Shown here: positions 13,576 to 28,902 of the stretch, in pieces | Layout of the letters: each line of letters begins with the position of its first letter | How positions within the stretch are numbered: position 1 is the stretch's first letter | Source: Heptranchias perlo | Taxonomy: Eukaryota | Direction of reading: 5' to 3' | Length of the DNA: 64,000 bases | NCBI RefSeq assembly: GCF_035084215.1 | Contig: NC_090362.1 | Span: forward strand, 12,710,001-12,774,000 | Made by a program: the position numbers and the translations under genes | Notes under the pieces: model-generated | What the model saw: the letters and a program-made list of their open reading frames with translations, nothing else | The model's database searches: none | Told to the model about the DNA's origin: nothing

Positions 13576-13864
13576 AATTATCAATAGCTTAATATGTGGG
13601 TGAAAATTTCATGCCTATTGCAGAAGTGTCATTATGTGTACTTATTTTCACTGGCTTAACACATCATTAATATCTCTACACATCCTCAAGTTGATCAGCA
13701 GTCAACAAAATTGCATTCTTTGCTCTTCCTTCAACCCATTTGTAACTTCAGAATAAATTAAGAGATCAACACTAGAATAAGCATATTACCTCAATCATTT
13801 GCTTTTGTGAAAACACAGCAGCAGCTGCTCCTATCACTTACAAACAAAATTAACTTTACCAGTT

Positions 13865-14066
13865 TCTTTAGTGGCTCAGTGGGGCACCGCCCAGTGTGAT
13901 ACTGAGCCATAGAGACCAGAAGGTCTGTGCTGAGTTAGTTGATCTATGTCAAGCAGCGGTTAGAACGCGACAATTAGTCTCAGTGCCCCTGGCCTAGAGA
14001 GGGGGCAAAAAATAGTCAGCCAGTGTTCCCGCTCCTCATCGCTATCCAGTGAATCATACTAGAAAG
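13865..14066 (+). mobile_element. AmnSINE2-like SINE, 5' half
   Basis: gtggctcagtgg...actgagccatagagaccagaagg..tctgtgctgagttag...cccgctcctcatcgctatccagtga. Confidence 0.65.
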
Positions 14067-14084
14067 GTTAGGTAATTTTTAGAA

Positions 14085-14402
14085 TATTATGTCCAGTTTT
14101 GGATGTCCTGCTTTAGACAGGATGCCTTATTCCTTGGAAAGGGTACAGAAGAGGTTTATTAAGACAAAACCAGGGATGAGGTGCTTTAATTATAAGGAGA
14201 CTAGAGATACCAAGGATCTTTCTATTGAGCAGAGAAGCTATCTGATAGAGGTGTTCAAAATTATAACAAGTTTTGGTAAAGTAAATAGGGTAAAACTATT
14301 TCTGCTGGTCAGTGAGTCAGTAACTGGCAAGCATAAATTTAAGATCACCACCAAAAGAATAGAGAGAGGTTGGAAGAACTTTCTTTTAACGCAGAGGATT
14401 GT
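14085..14402 (+). mobile_element. Degenerate CR1 LINE fragment
   Basis: LERVQKRF...IEVFKI...KLF...HKFK motifs. Confidence 0.8.
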
Positions 14403-15179
14403 GTACACAGAACACACACTGGAACTCTCTTCCTAAACCTAGCCCTCCAACTGGTTAATACCTTCTTCATGTCTAATACCTTCTTAAAATTTACAACAAC
14501 CATATCCCCTAACTTCCCTTCTATTCCTGCTCAGGTCGGATTCCCAACTGTGACACATCTTGGCTCATTTTTTTGTGCGAAAAGCACAGGATAAAATCAG
14601 CCATATTGCATGCTGCATTTAGCACCCATGTATTCCATTACATTGTGGTGAGACATCAATTTGCATCCACAATACCTCATTCACCAAGTTCCAAACTCAT
14701 TTATATCTTTACAAAGAACAACCAAGCAGAGGCACTTACTCAATGAAGGGAGGAAAACTATGAAGAAGACTATTTCAGCCAGTTGGAAAGACCAACATTT
14801 GGGGGTAGCTGCCTACCAACTCTCACCAGGGGTTGCGATGAAGAATGGGGATACACAATTAATTAGGAAAATTACTTTAAAAAAATCTTACTCCCAAAAC
14901 AAATTAGTCATAGCTTGTTTTAAACCACAACCACCACTACCACCACCAACCACCTCAGTAGCTACCTGAGGCTTCAAGTCCACTCCCAAAACTAAAAATA
15001 AATTAATGTTTTCAGTGACTCATGCTCCCAAATTGCTTCATCTGCCTAACAATATACTGCTCTGCTTCCTTCCAACTACAGATTGTTTTACAAAGTTTGT
15101 CAGCAACTGTAATTCATTCTTAAGATTGCTCCACCCTTTCCAAATATTGCCAGCCACAGAATAAATGAATCAACTGCCA

Positions 15180-15798
15180 AGGGCTTAGGAAGGCAAATGG
15201 TATGCTGGTCTTTATTGTAAGGAGGTCTTTCTGCAATTATGTAGGGCTCTGGTGAGACCACACCTTTAGTAGTGTAAAGTTTTGGTCCCCTTACCGAAGG
15301 AAGGATATACTTGCCTTAGAGAGGGTGCAACAAAGGTTCATTAGATTGATTCCTGGAATGAGAAGATTGTTCTATGAGGAGAGATAGAGTAGAATGGGGC
15401 TACATTCTCTGGAGTTTAGAAGAACAAGAGGTGATCGCATTGAAAAGTATAAAATTCTTAGAGGGCTTGACGGGGTAGATGCGGAGAGGCTGTTTCCCCT
15501 GGCTGAAGGGTCTCAAGCTAAGGGGTTGGCCATTTAGGACCGAGATGTGGAAAAATTTCTTCACTCAGAGGGTTGTGAATTTTTGGAATTCTCTTCCCCA
15601 GAGGGGTGTGGATGCTCAGTCGTTGAGTATATTCAAGATTGAGATCGATAGAATTTTGGACACTAATGGAATCAAGGGGTATGGGGATAGGGTGGGAAAG
15701 TGGAGTTGAGGTTGAAAATCAGCCTTTATTTGATTGACTGGCAGAGCAGGCTCAAGGGGGCGTATGGCCTGCTCCTGTTCCTATTTTTTATGTTCTTA
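15180..15798 (+). mobile_element. CR1 LINE 3' fragment
   Basis: NFFTQRVVNFWNSLPQ...GIKGYG and 3'UTR ending in tatgttctta. Confidence 0.9.
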
Positions 15799-16624
15799 AG
15801 GGCTCCAGGGTGTCATTATCTTATGTCATGACACCACCCGCTCTGCCATCCTTAGCCCATATTCCTTCACGTTCACATTTTGCCTTTGTTTTCCAGGTGT
15901 AAGTTAAGGCACCTTCTGCCTGGTGTGGCATTAAGCCATACAGACCCGAAAAGTCCCAAGTTCTTCGGTCACATTCCAAATGAACTGATAAAAGCTGGGA
16001 CAACAGTTGGGACTCGAGTACAATTGGCCTCAGCATCCCAGGCCAGGAAAAGGGGCAAAAAAAATTAGCCTAGTTTCCACTGCTCCAGTTACAGTATTAT
16101 GACTATCCAGTAAAAAAGGAATGGGAAATGTGACAAATTAAGGAGGAGTGGAAAAAAATTGCAAAAGAAAATGTAATTATTTCTGCCATTATACAAACAG
16201 CACCAGATAGAGATCTCATTACTCTCAAGGTGACCCCTGCAATTTCAGTGCTTCATGATTAACTTCATGATTAGTTATTGAATCACCACAACTTGCACAA
16301 CTAAAATGTGTATCAGGCAGCTTCCTCCTGGAGCGTCACCTATTTACTAAGCTACTTAATTTGAACGACTCTTTATTTGTACAGGGAGGGTCCTTAAGGT
16401 AATAACCTAATATTAATCCTAACTATTCAATAAATAAGGAAACCAAAAGATAATCCACAACTAAACTGAACTGCAGGCATTGTCACATTCAGTGCAGAAC
16501 ATTGTGCAGTCAAATGTACAGATCAATTCTTCAAATAAAGCAGTGTCACAATATCCCCATATATGAACACATGCATACACAATGGTCAGTCATATTGTTT
16601 ACAGATGCCCTCACTGGAAAAATG

Positions 16625-17020
16625 GGTATAGGCACTGCCCAGTCATACAGATCAGACAGTCACAGGTTCAATTTCAAGTCTGTGCTGAGTTTTTTGATCC
16701 CAGTTGGAGCAGCAGTTGAGGTGCTACAATTGAAATCAGTACCCTAGACCAGGGAAGGGGTGGGGGGGTGGGGGAGAAATTCAGACATGGTCCCCGCTCC
16801 TGATCTCTATCCAGTGCCCCCATTGGAAAGCTAGTGTGAATCTCAACTAAGAACCAGATTGGGAGCTGCTGTGATGCCACACCTGACAAATAAGATGGAT
16901 CCGCGCAAACGTTAATAACGGCCATTTGGGCAAGTTACTGGAGAGCACCAGGCACCCTTGGAATCATACCTCAGCAGCATCAATACATTCAAGGAGGAGT
17001 GCAGGGCAGAAAACTGGCAA
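16625..17020 (+). mobile_element. AmnSINE2-like old SINE
   Basis: gtctgtgctgagt...gctacaattg...cccgctcctgatctctatccagtg. Confidence 0.6.
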
Positions 17021-18344
17021 AACAGTACTAAATTACAGTTTTAAAATACATCTATTGAGTTAACCCTGATAGCTAAGTGGAAAAGATGATTGCGACTGCT
17101 ACAAGTTCAATGAAGATTACGTTTTCAGGAAAACTAACTGTATGAATGATCCTAACATTTGTATCATAACCACACTCTCCAGCAATGATGCACATCCATC
17201 AGGTGTCATTTGCTACCTGATATTCTGTATAAACACAAAACACCATCACTTCAGCCTGCAAAAATTACTGTTCCTTTAAATACTTAACATTAATTTCCTC
17301 CATATACATAACACAATATCACTAGGATTTCAATAAAGTGTAGCAATGGCTGCTTGAATCTTCATTCCATGTTAACCTGAACTGTACAACACCCAGTGGT
17401 ACAATTTTAAATGTTGTCCTTCCAAACTTGGGTAGAGTCTGGAGGGGCCATTTTAAGTTGTATAACATGAGGATGAAGTATTGGTGGTTGGTCACTGATG
17501 ATAGCAATGGGAGCATTTTTATAGTGATGAATTAAGATTATCACATGTTAAAATGTATCACACACTGTAGCCTATTCGTTGTAATGTGATTTTTGCTGCA
17601 GCGCATTCATACCAATATATGTTAAATGAGCCTAAATGGCAAGGCTGACAGATCGTATACAATCTCCTCAATCATGGACCCTACCCAACCCATTTCATCT
17701 GTTTAGCAAAGGCTCTGTAAGCATTTCCCCCCTCTTCAAAATTTCTAATAAATTTTAAACTTTATTCCTGACCAGCTTCCTTCTTTGGTATGACATGTCC
17801 AGTAGCTTAGGAACCATTGTTAAACAAAGCATTAAATTGTCCATGTTCATAATACTACATCCCGTGTAACCATAAATTCATCCAACTCTTTTTTAAAAAA
17901 AACTTGTTAAATTGTCAATCTGTATAATCCTCACTCCTGATGGGAATCAGATATGTATTCAGCTCTTTTTAAAAAGACATTAATTGGCACATTTTTGCTG
18001 GGAGTCTAATTCATTCATATTGTATGGTAATCTTTAGGAAAGAAAATCAAATTTCAAGGGTTCCTTGAGGTTTGTTAATTTTATTCTCATGGCCTCTAGT
18101 TCTGCACTCAGCCCACTTCAAATAAGTGCAGTATCTACATTAAAAAAAATTCTTGCAAAGAAAAATGGATAATCTGTCAAAAGGTCATGATAATTGAAAT
18201 AAAGGTTTTGTCTAGAAGCTTGACAAATGATTCAATAATTAGAAAAGATACCACAACTTTTCATACTGGGAAAGCAACACATAAGACCACAGAGAAGAGA
18301 AAAAGAATCAAGTATTGGTCTTCTGCTCCCGCCCCTGCACAGCA

Positions 18345-18760
18345 CAGAAAGAACTTGTATTTACATATCGTTTTTCACAATATCAGGACGTCGCAAAGCA
18401 CTGTACAGCCAATTAATTACTTTTGAAGTGTGGTCACTGTTGTATTAAAGGGAAAAGCGACAGCCGATTTGCGCACAGCGAAGTCCCACTAACAGCAATG
18501 AGATAATGACCAGATAATCATTTTTTTTTTAGTAATGTTGTTTGAGGAATAAATATTGGCTAGGACACCGGGAGAACTCCCCTGCTCTTCTTCGAATAGT
18601 GCCATGGGATCTTTTACGTCTAGCTAAGAGGACTGATGGGGGCTCGCTCGCTTTAACATCTTATCTGAAAGATGGTACCTCCAACCGTGCAGCACTCCCT
18701 TAGTACTGCAATGAAATGTCAGCCTATATTGTATGCTCAAATCTCTGGAGTGGGACTTAA
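18345..18760 (-). mobile_element. Deu-domain SINE, head truncated
   Basis: Collinear with 51540-52002. Confidence 0.85.
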
Positions 18761-20140
18761 GTGAGCATAAAAATAGTAAAGGATCACTGTCCCCCTTCGT
18801 TGACAGATCTCTTGGTTTTACAGAAAATAAATAAGGAACAACATAACATTCCATACATAGATTTGTTGCAAAATCTAATGTAGATTTCAATTATATCATT
18901 CATCACTTGCTGAAAGCCATCTCCCAGTCTCACACCAGTAGTTCCACAGAGCAATGTGGGGTCAGCTGATATGAGTTATACTGCCAGCTTCTATGTCACC
19001 CCCAGCCAAGGATGGTGAAGCTCTACACATGCTTGCAATGGGCACATCGCTGCTCACCAACATCTGAATGCCACCAGCTCACTAGCATTAAAACACAAAG
19101 TTTAAAAAGTTCCCAGGCAGACCACTATAAAGTGACCTGTGCAGACCTTGTAACTTGCATATTCTTGCTCTCTTTCAGTGCACAGTATATACTAATACAT
19201 GCTCAAAATCACTTTGCATCAATGCAAATAACATAGTATAAGTGGACTATATGGATTGCATAATAGTTGCCTTCCCCATGTCCTGTTGTCAGATTGCTAC
19301 TTCAGTTACACATTGTGGCCCAGGATAGATATGCTGTATTCAATGAACAGGCATTCTCTCTGCTAATCAGCTTGGGTCATGAGTTAATTTGGCCTTTCAA
19401 ATCCATGTATACATTTTAGACTGGGACACTGTGCTGAAAGGGGCCCTGTGAAGACCTTGTAGCTTACGTGGTGCTGATGAAACTTTCATCTCCTTATTCC
19501 CTTTCAGTGTAGTTTACTTTTTAAAAAATCACTGTACTCTGACCTATGTAGAGACGTAAAGCATCGACATCACACACCAGTGAATGGGACTCTTCAGAGA
19601 GGGAACTAGCCTGCTGCCCAATGTTACGCCCACATACCATCTGTCGTGCTGCACAATCCTGCTGGAACGGTCAAGCAAGCCGCATCAATCACCATTTCCT
19701 ACTTGTGTAGTGTAGTCTTATTTGGCGGGGTCTCAGCTCTGTTTCCCAGAGTGTAGCCAACATAATCACAAAGCTTAGATAAATAACACTGGATAAAACT
19801 ACACACTAAAATGTAATCAAGCAACTACAACAGGATTAGTCAGGCACATTAGCAAAACCAACAACCAAAAAAGAAAAATCCACCCAAATAAGAACATACC
19901 AACTGGGTTCTCCATTGTTATCAAAACGGAGCTATTAACCCTTTCTGTGCTAGATCCAATTTCCAATACTTGCACTGCAGCAAAGCTTGACAACATTTCA
20001 GTCTCTCCTATTCATGTTGCACATACATGGATAATTGAGCAAGGAAAGCTACATGTGGTTTGTAACTGAATCAGTAAGAAAGATCTTCATAGTTCATGTA
20101 GGTTATAAAGGTCTTCTTCACAAGTGGAAGAATTCCATAT

Positions 20141-20144
<4 letters not shown>

Positions 20145-20179
<35 letters not shown>
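20145..20179. repeat. (CA)n microsatellite
   Basis: Direct reading. Confidence 0.98.
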
Positions 20180-20181
<2 letters not shown>

Positions 20182-22224
20182 CTTTTTGATGCAATTTTCC
20201 CCCTCCCCTTGCTGGCTGCTCAGCAACACACAGTTCTCTCTCTTTCTCCAGGAACACTGCAGACTTTAGCCTGTAAACTGCGTCACCGAAGCATAAATAC
20301 AGCACAATGAGCTGGACTATGTCAGATTTACTTTCCCCAAAATGGAATGCTCTATCCCACCTACCAATCCTATCTAGAAGCCCAGCCAAGAATGGTCAAA
20401 ATTCATTCAAAATTGAAAACAGAGACTGTGCAACATGCAACTCGGAATAATAAAAGTAGCGAAGGGGCCAGACACTAATTCACGAGATTAGTGAACACAC
20501 ACTTCCTATATCACGCTGACCAGAACTGTAGACTTTTGTATGACACTAAGATTACTAGGTTCTAAAATCATAACAATCGCAATCTATTCTTAATATGAAA
20601 TGAATTATTACACTGTTATCTAATGATCCTACAGCTATAACTTCAAGCACTAATACAATATTTTATACATATTTGATCTGTCATTCTACAGATGGATAAA
20701 ACAAATGCCTAAACGTATTTAGGTCTGGAGTTGACTGAGAAATCAGTACACTTATTAGCTGAAAAACAAGTCAAAAAGCAAGGATTCATTCACTATGACT
20801 AACACTTTTTAGGCAAAATACTAAGCAGGAATTTGCCTGGGATGTTGCACCAGTTTGACAGTGCCTTTTTTATTCAAACACTCCATTAATTGTTCAAGTC
20901 AATTCGTAACATGTGCAATTATAAAATGCAGTTACCCTCATATTCAGCTGGTTAAGGAATGCTGCAGGTAAGTCATCCAGACCAGAATATCCTAAGGTCT
21001 GTGTTGAATTAGTTCTCCGCGAAGGTGGCAGTTGAGGTCCCATAATTAGCCTCAGTGCCCCTAACCTAGGAAGAGCAAAATCAGCCAAGCTTCCCACTCC
21101 TGATAGCTATGCATTGACCCTGCTAGCAAGTGTGCGCATGGACATTGAGTGACAACAGCATCAGTCTCAGCTGTGCTGCCCCCAACAATCAAACAGCCTG
21201 CAACAAAATAGAGAGGAGAAAGCTAACAAAAAAAGTCAAAATAAAACTGCCATACTGCAACCCTACTTTGCATCTATATAGTCTCAATTCCTATTAGATA
21301 TGAGTCATCAGACAAAAGAGCCCAAAAAAGTGGCACAAAATGGAAAGTGATGGGGGTGGGGGAGGGGGTGACTGTAATGCAAAGAACTCATTGCCACTTA
21401 AATATCATAATAAATATTTAACCCAGCATATTGGAATTTCAACTATATACTGGAAAGTAATGGAAATGGTGATACTTTTGGCTAGGTCAGGGTGGAGGGG
21501 ATTTTGTTTTTAAATTGATTTCACTCCCTCTCCATTTTCCACCTCCTCCCAAAAGTGTTAACTCATCTGAGGGCACAGTTCCATGGGCACCGGCAACCCT
21601 AGTATATCTCACCCAAGTGGTCATTCTTCCAATATGAGCATGGAAAGTAGGCTATTCAATTGAACAGGGCATCACAGTCAATCCTAATCCTGTCCTTACT
21701 AGACTTTGACACGTGCACTTTCTATTAAGAATCACTGGATAACGATCAGAACTGGGGACCCTGGCTGAATTTTTCTCCCCACCCCCACTCAGCACAGAAG
21801 TTATCCACCAGTGTATCATTCCATTTCAATCTTCTCCATTTTGTCAAACCCTCACGTCTTGTTACTACTACCCCTCCTCTTTTCTAGTCATCCATCATTC
21901 TCCTCTCCCGCATTGATTCCTAGCCGGGGTACAGACCATGAGCGACAGCTGTTCTACTAGTATGATGACCAAATGGCCACATGGGAGACCTGACAGTGAG
22001 CATCAACAAGCAATCCAACCACTGAAAACGCAGCCAAACTCAATCCTATCCGAATCAACATCCACACTAGTACACTTTCCAGGTGGAGTTATTCAATAGC
22101 AACCACTAACTTGGGGCCCTAAAGCAAACTGTAGCGCCACTTCTGCCACCCTGGCCGAGATCAACAAACTCAGCACAGAACATGAAACTTTCTTGGTCTG
22201 AATAGATCAGCTACTCACTAAATA

Positions 22225-22672
22225 AAAGAACAAACTATCAGTTATATATCGCCTTTCATGAACTTAGGTCTTCACAAAGCGCTTTGCAGACAATGAAGTA
22301 CTTTTTGAATTATGGTCACTGTTGAATTGTAGGGAAACCAGGTATCCAACTTGTACACAGCAAGGTCCCACAGACAGCAATGAGATAAATGATCGATAAT
22401 CTGTTTTACTGTTATTGGTTGAGGGAGAAATGCTGGAAAGAACTTCCCTGCTCTTCTTCAAATTGTGCGATGGGATCTTTTGCATCCATCTCAGGGGGCA
22501 GATGGGGGCTCGGTTTAACGTTTCATCCGAAAGATGGCACCTCCAACCGTGCAGCACTCCCTTAGTATTGCGCTGAAATGGCAGCCTACATTATGTGCTC
22601 AAGTCTCTGGAGTGAAACCATGACCTGCTGACTCAGAGGCAAGAGTGCTACCACTGAGTCATGGCTGACACC
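22225..22672 (-). mobile_element. Deu-domain SINE, near full length
   Basis: Collinear with 51540-52002. Confidence 0.85.
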
Positions 22673-23909
22673 TGCAGAGACTGGTAGGCTCACTAAACCA
22701 TCAGAGATTTTTTTTTCATTACTACAAAGCTATGTGGTTTATTCATTGCCAATCTAACAGCTGAAGTAGTTTTAGAATTCCAGCTTCGAAAGTAAACCCT
22801 TGTTCAGTTATGATTAGAACCATGATCCTCTTTCTACAAAAAGAATGCACAACTCAAAACATCTTCCCCAAAATGATTTTCAAGCCAACAATTATAGAGC
22901 CCAATTAAAAATGTGTGAACAAAAAGCCAGAATTGCCATAATGAACTTAGCAATATTCAACTTTTCACTTCCATTACTGTATTTATGAAAACACCACACA
23001 TTTTGTAGACCAAAATCCTATATACAGCATACAAAACAGACTACTACTATGTTTGCATGTTAGGGCTTTCATCACAATATCAATGAATTCAGAAGCCATA
23101 ATTTCATTAAAAAGTGCTACAAAAAAAAACTGATGTGGGAAGTTTTTAGAATAACTTGCATTTATACAGCATCTTATCATGCCCTCAGTACATCCCAAAA
23201 GATTATTTTTGAAGTGTAGTCACTGTTATGCAGACAAAGGTAACAGCTAATTTTCATACAACAAGATCCCACAAATGAATGAATTTGGTTTTTTTGGTGA
23301 AATTGGTTGAGGGACACCAGAAGAACTCTCTGCTCTTCTCAAATAGTGTCATTTAGAATACAAAAGGGGAAAAAAGTCAGGAAGATAACGTTACACACAA
23401 GTTAATAAACTTCAGCATCTCTGAGCAAGGCGTGGGGAAACCCACGTGGGTCTCTCCTGATAGCTATCCAGTGAGCCTGGTGGTAAGTGAACTTGCGTGG
23501 ACATCAGGTGAAGACAGGATCGGCTAAGTCTTTCCCCATCTCTATATAGTTTAATCACCTGCCTAACTGTCAAAATATAGACTTACATACAAGAATGAAA
23601 TAGCAAGGTACCAGAGGGCAGTCAGCATGCAGCAGGATTGGACACCTTCTTGGGGAGGAGCAACTGCTGGGTCAAAACAAACTCTCATAGAAAAGTGAGG
23701 AAGTATTACAATGCAGTGGCATGTTAAGGGGTTCAGAAGGTAAAAGTATTACAGCAAAGCTTAAACAATTTAACATCACCTCAACCCTGAATGTGCTTAT
23801 TCCTCCACGTTATCCTTCAGAATAAGTATAATCAACTTTACAAAAGAGGGCCACAATCCCAAATAATCTGTGCATTGATTGTGCTCCAACAATATTTAAG
23901 AACTGGCTT

Positions 23910-24770
23910 AGTGACACAAAACTTGGAAGCGTAGTGAACAGTGAGAAGGATAGTGATAGGCTTCAGGAGGATATAGTCAGGCTGGTGGCATGAATGGACA
24001 GGTGGCAGATGAAATTTAACGCAGAAAAATGCAAAGTGATACATTTCGATAGGAAGAACGAGGAGAGGCAATATAAACTAGAGGGCACAACTCTAAGATG
24101 GGTACAGGAACAGAGAGATCTGGGGGTATATGCGCACAAATCGTTGAAGGTGGCAGGGCAGGTTGAGAAAGCGGTTAAAAAAGCATACGGGATCTTGGGC
24201 TTTATAAATAGAGGCATAGAGTACAAAACTATGGAAGTCATGTCGTACCTTTATAAAACACTGGTTCAGCCACAACTGGAGTATTGTGTCCAGTTCTGGG
24301 CACCGCACTTCAGGCAAGATGTGAAGGCCTTAGAAAGGGTGCAGAAGAGATTTACTGGAATGATTCCAGGGATGAGGGACTTCAGTTACGTGGATAGACT
24401 GAAGAAGCTGGGATTGTTCTCCTTGGAACAGAGAAGGTTGCGAGGAAATTTGATAGAAGTATTCAAAATCATGAAGAGTTTAGACAGAGTACATAGAGAG
24501 AAACTGTTCCCATTGGTGGAAGGGTCAAGAACCAGAGGACATAGATTTAAGGTGATTGGCAAAAGAACCAAAGGTGTCAGGAGGGAAAACTTTTTACACA
24601 GCCATGGTTAGGATCTGGAATCCACTGCCCAAGGGGTGGAGGCAGATTCAATCATGGGCTACGGGGAAAGGGCGGGGGAGTGGGACTAGCTGGATTGCTC
24701 TTGCATAGAGCTGGCACGGACTCGATGGGCCGAAAAGCCTCCTTCCGTGCTGTAACCTTTCTGTGATTCT
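23910..24770 (+). mobile_element. CR1 LINE 3' fragment
   Basis: WQMKFNAEKC...LEYCVQFWAPH...MIPGMRDFSYVDRL; 3'UTR tail. Confidence 0.93.
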
Positions 24771-27700
24771 AGAGCAGCAAATACACCGAAGGCCACAAGT
24801 GAACGGGAAGTAAGCCACTTTGAATATCAAAATAATACACGTTCAAAGCCTACATTATGAAAACATACTGCTTTTGTGTCATATCTCAGGGTATTATCAT
24901 GAAATCAAAACACCAACCAATACAGAGAGCACCAGGAAGAAGCTCAATTTCACAAAAATCTGACATTATATAAAAGTCCTAACAAGAGCCTCGACACCAA
25001 CAAAAAAATTCTTAACTTCAACCACATTTTTCCCCTACGCGCTGTGCCATGCTTTGTTCCCCCATGGAGAGGATGGCCAGGTGACCTGCTCATTGCTTCT
25101 TGTAGTGTCATGATCAGGTTTATTTTTTAATATAAGTTTAAAAAAGAAAAATCAAGCTTAAGCCATTAAAGTCCTACCAATTAGGGGCATGGCAAACTGT
25201 GAGGAAGCATGCAGGTAGGTAGGGAAAGGTTGGCAGAGTGGGCAGATAGGTGGTACATACAATTCAACATAGGAGAAGTGTGAGGAAGTACATTTTGGCT
25301 GAAGTGATATCAGTGCAGCTGAACAGACAACTGTCAAGTCTCACACATGAAGAATGACCTTTGGGATGAAGTACCAGATGGATACTGGCATCCATGGAAC
25401 CTATTATCCCAAGCATGAGTCAGCAATTTCAGGAGATAAGGAGGGTAAACTGGCAAAAAAAAAGGGCGTTATTCATAAAGTTATTTGCTAAAGTATGCCT
25501 GAAGTCTCAGAATGAAACATAATGGGACTTCGCATTTAGATGCAAACTTTCTGTCATGTAATTTAAATCTTCATTAGATCAGACACAAACCCAAGAAAGC
25601 ACTTAAAAATATTAACGTGTAAAAATCTCTGTATTGTTTCCAGAGGTGGACATGCACTGTAGCTTCCGAAGAGGCGGATGTAGGTGGACTACTAACTGAT
25701 CCATCGTAGACTGCAGAACAACTTGCCAAGAAGCTAGCATCAACTGATAACAAAAAGATTCCTGAAAGGAACTGGTTTCTATTATTACGAGAGGGTTGGC
25801 TGGGAAACTGTGATACAGACTGTCGCCATGGGGCCAACCTGCCTTCCAGAGTAGCCATATACCGCAGTCTCTTCCTTTCCCCTCCACCCCCCTTATAACA
25901 CTGGCTTCCTTTCAACAAACAATGAGAAATCACTACAACAGCAGCAAATCCACAGGAAGCAAGTGTATGGTGCTCTATGTTAGGCCAGTTTTCTGCAACA
26001 TGAGCTTTTCTTTTCCTCTAGTTTGTTTCACACCCGATGGACTCAGGTTCCAGAACGGTATTCATTCTAAATATGGCAACCTTCACATACTCCCAGCAGT
26101 CTTGAACTGCATTATCATTTACAAAATTGGAATAAACCAGTCCCAGTTGAACTTTGCAGAAGTACTGCCCACCCATTAAGGAGTTGCTGCTGATTTGCAA
26201 TTTGTACAGAAAACTAACATTTTTAATTTGCCACCTAACCCATTTGAACATCTTCAAAATAATACGGTACCAAACATAAGGTAAAGTATAAAGTAATTAA
26301 CCCAAGGAGAAGAAATCAGTTGTAACTTTTGTACCCAAATCATTGAGACTTGAAGCTTGAAGACAATGAAGTTATTAAAATACCAACAGTGAAGAGAGGG
26401 GTATGGGTATGCGATAGGAAATTGATTTTAACAACAGTTACACTGCAAGTGAAGAATGGAACCAGCTGAATGTGCCTTTTCTGCATCCTACTTGCTTGTG
26501 TTCTTTTTAAAAACAAACAAGACTGCTCAGATCTTAGCACAAGCAGATGCAATGGCAATTCAACATAACATTATACAAATATGGACGGCAATGGAGAGTT
26601 ACAGTAGACGGCCAGGGATCAAAAAAGTATTTTTTCAGGTTACCAGCCCAGAATAGCCAGTTTCTAAGCAATTCAGTCCCTGGGTTTTAAATAGCAAACT
26701 TTCTTTGGGATTAATCATTCTCCTCGTATTTTCTTTCATATTTTAATGTTTTCACTTTTTTTTTCCAATTTCCCTTTTATTCTTTCTTCTGTTTGAGGTT
26801 AACTTCTTCAAATTAAAGTATTTTACCATATAAACTCACATACAAAGTGACCTTGATATAATACTCCCAACCAAACTACACCAAAACATTTGGAAGTATT
26901 TTGGTCAGTGGGTGTTATATACAATGGCAGTCAAAATTCATTTCTACCAAATTCTCACCTTCACATCAGCTAGTGTTCACAAATATACTTTCTCTCTGCT
27001 AATTCTCATTTGAACCAACAGCTGACAGTAATGTCGTGGAATGGTGGTGCTGCTGCTGGGTCTGCCGTCTTTGGCAAAATAGCTTTGCTAAAAGTAAGCC
27101 CCAAGGAAGATTACCCATGTACAAGCCCACTCCCACCCCCAAATCCACTGTTGGCCCCAAATCATTTATGGACAGTACATACATAAGATCAACAATAAAT
27201 GTATTTCGATTCAGAGCAGATTTTTTTTCTGAATAGAATCTGAGTGCTTTCCATTTTCCCAATATTCTCTGTTGATTTGAAGAAAAGACTTGCATTTATA
27301 TAGCGCCTTTCACAACCTCAGGAAGTCCCAAAGCACTTTACAGCCAATTAAGTACTTTTTGAAGTGTAGTTACTGTTGTAATGTAGGAAATGTAATAGCA
27401 ATAATTCAACACAATGAGGAAGGGAACAAAGGAGAAAAGAGTTAAATTCTGTTTGTTCTGACTGAAGTCATCAACGTTTAAATGAGACAGCAAAGGTTCC
27501 AAATTATCACCATCAATCTACATCCCTCAAACCTTCTTAAACACTGCCCTCCTCCATTACGTGCCTCAAAATTACTAATCATAATATACACTAACAAGGC
27601 TACCCAAAGTTAAATATATATTCAATAAAATAACTTGCGACGGGTCAGCTGTTTTATGTACATGGAAGACTGACTATGTCTGCTTTGTGTGTCAAAAAAA

Positions 27701-27987
27701 TCTCAGCTTTAAAAAAACTGCAATGTCAATCTTCTGCCATTGGCCTACTCGAGTGGCAAGCCCTGACCATAATACAGAACAAAATGATTTTCATTCCATT
27801 TCAACTGACACGGAATGGAATTATAACTAAAAGCGGTGCATTTTCAACAGAAGAGACTACTATTGTCACACTAGGTGATCCTGTTCTTGTTATAGTTAAG
27901 CACCATAAGCAGCTAATGGGTTTCTGATACTATATTTATAGCATTACTTTGAGCTCCCACGAAGACCTAGTGGTTAAGGCAGGAAGT

Positions 27988-28902
27988 GATGTCGAAATTT
28001 GCAGATCATACTAAAATAGATGGCATAATAAATAATTCTAAGGATCAATGGAAGCTACAAGAGGATACTGATAAGGTGGTGGTATGGACAAAAAAGTGGC
28101 AGATGGAATTCAATGTCAGCAAATATGAAGTGGTACATTTTGCTAAAAGAAAATGAAAGTAATAATTATACTTTGAATGGGGGGGGGGGGGGAGGCTGGG
28201 TGATGTAGACATTAAAAGCACAATTTCAAGTGGATAAGGTCTTTAAAAAAGATAATGGAATACAGGGATTTATGGTGAGAAGTATGGAATATGAAGGTCA
28301 AAATGTAACAATGACTCTATATAAAGCCTTAGTAAAATTACAGTTGGAGTACTGTATGCACTTTTGGGCTTCACACCATAGGAAAGATGTTGAGGCAATA
28401 GAGAGGGGTACAGTGCAGATTCACCAGGATGCTGCCTGGTATGAGAAACTACAAATACAAAGTAAGACTGGAAAAATTTGGGCTGTTTTCATTAGAACAG
28501 ACGAGATTAAGCAGTGATTTGATAACAGTGTTTAAAATTATGAAGGGATGGAACAGAGGAGATGGAAATACATTGTTTCCAATGATAGAGGGTTCCAGAA
28601 CAAAGGGGCATAGATATAAGATTAAATGCAAGAGACCTGGGACAGAGGGCAGGAGAAACCTCCTTGCGCAGAAGAATGAGAGGCTATGGAATGCACTACT
28701 GGAGTTAGTAACTGAAGCAGAGATTAAGTCAACATTTAAGAATAGGTTAGATAGGTGGTTGAAGGAAAGGGGAATAAAGGGCTATGGGAACAGAGCAACA
28801 GATGGGATTAAGACTACTGCTCAAGTGGAGCATAAACACCAACACGGGCTGATTGGGCCAAACAGCCTGTTTCCGTATTGTAATTTCTATGTAATTCTAT
28901 GT
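27988..28902 (+). mobile_element. CR1 LINE 3' fragment, frameshifted
   Basis: LEYCMHFWASH, GLFSLEQ...GIKGYG; (attctatgta)n tail. Confidence 0.9.
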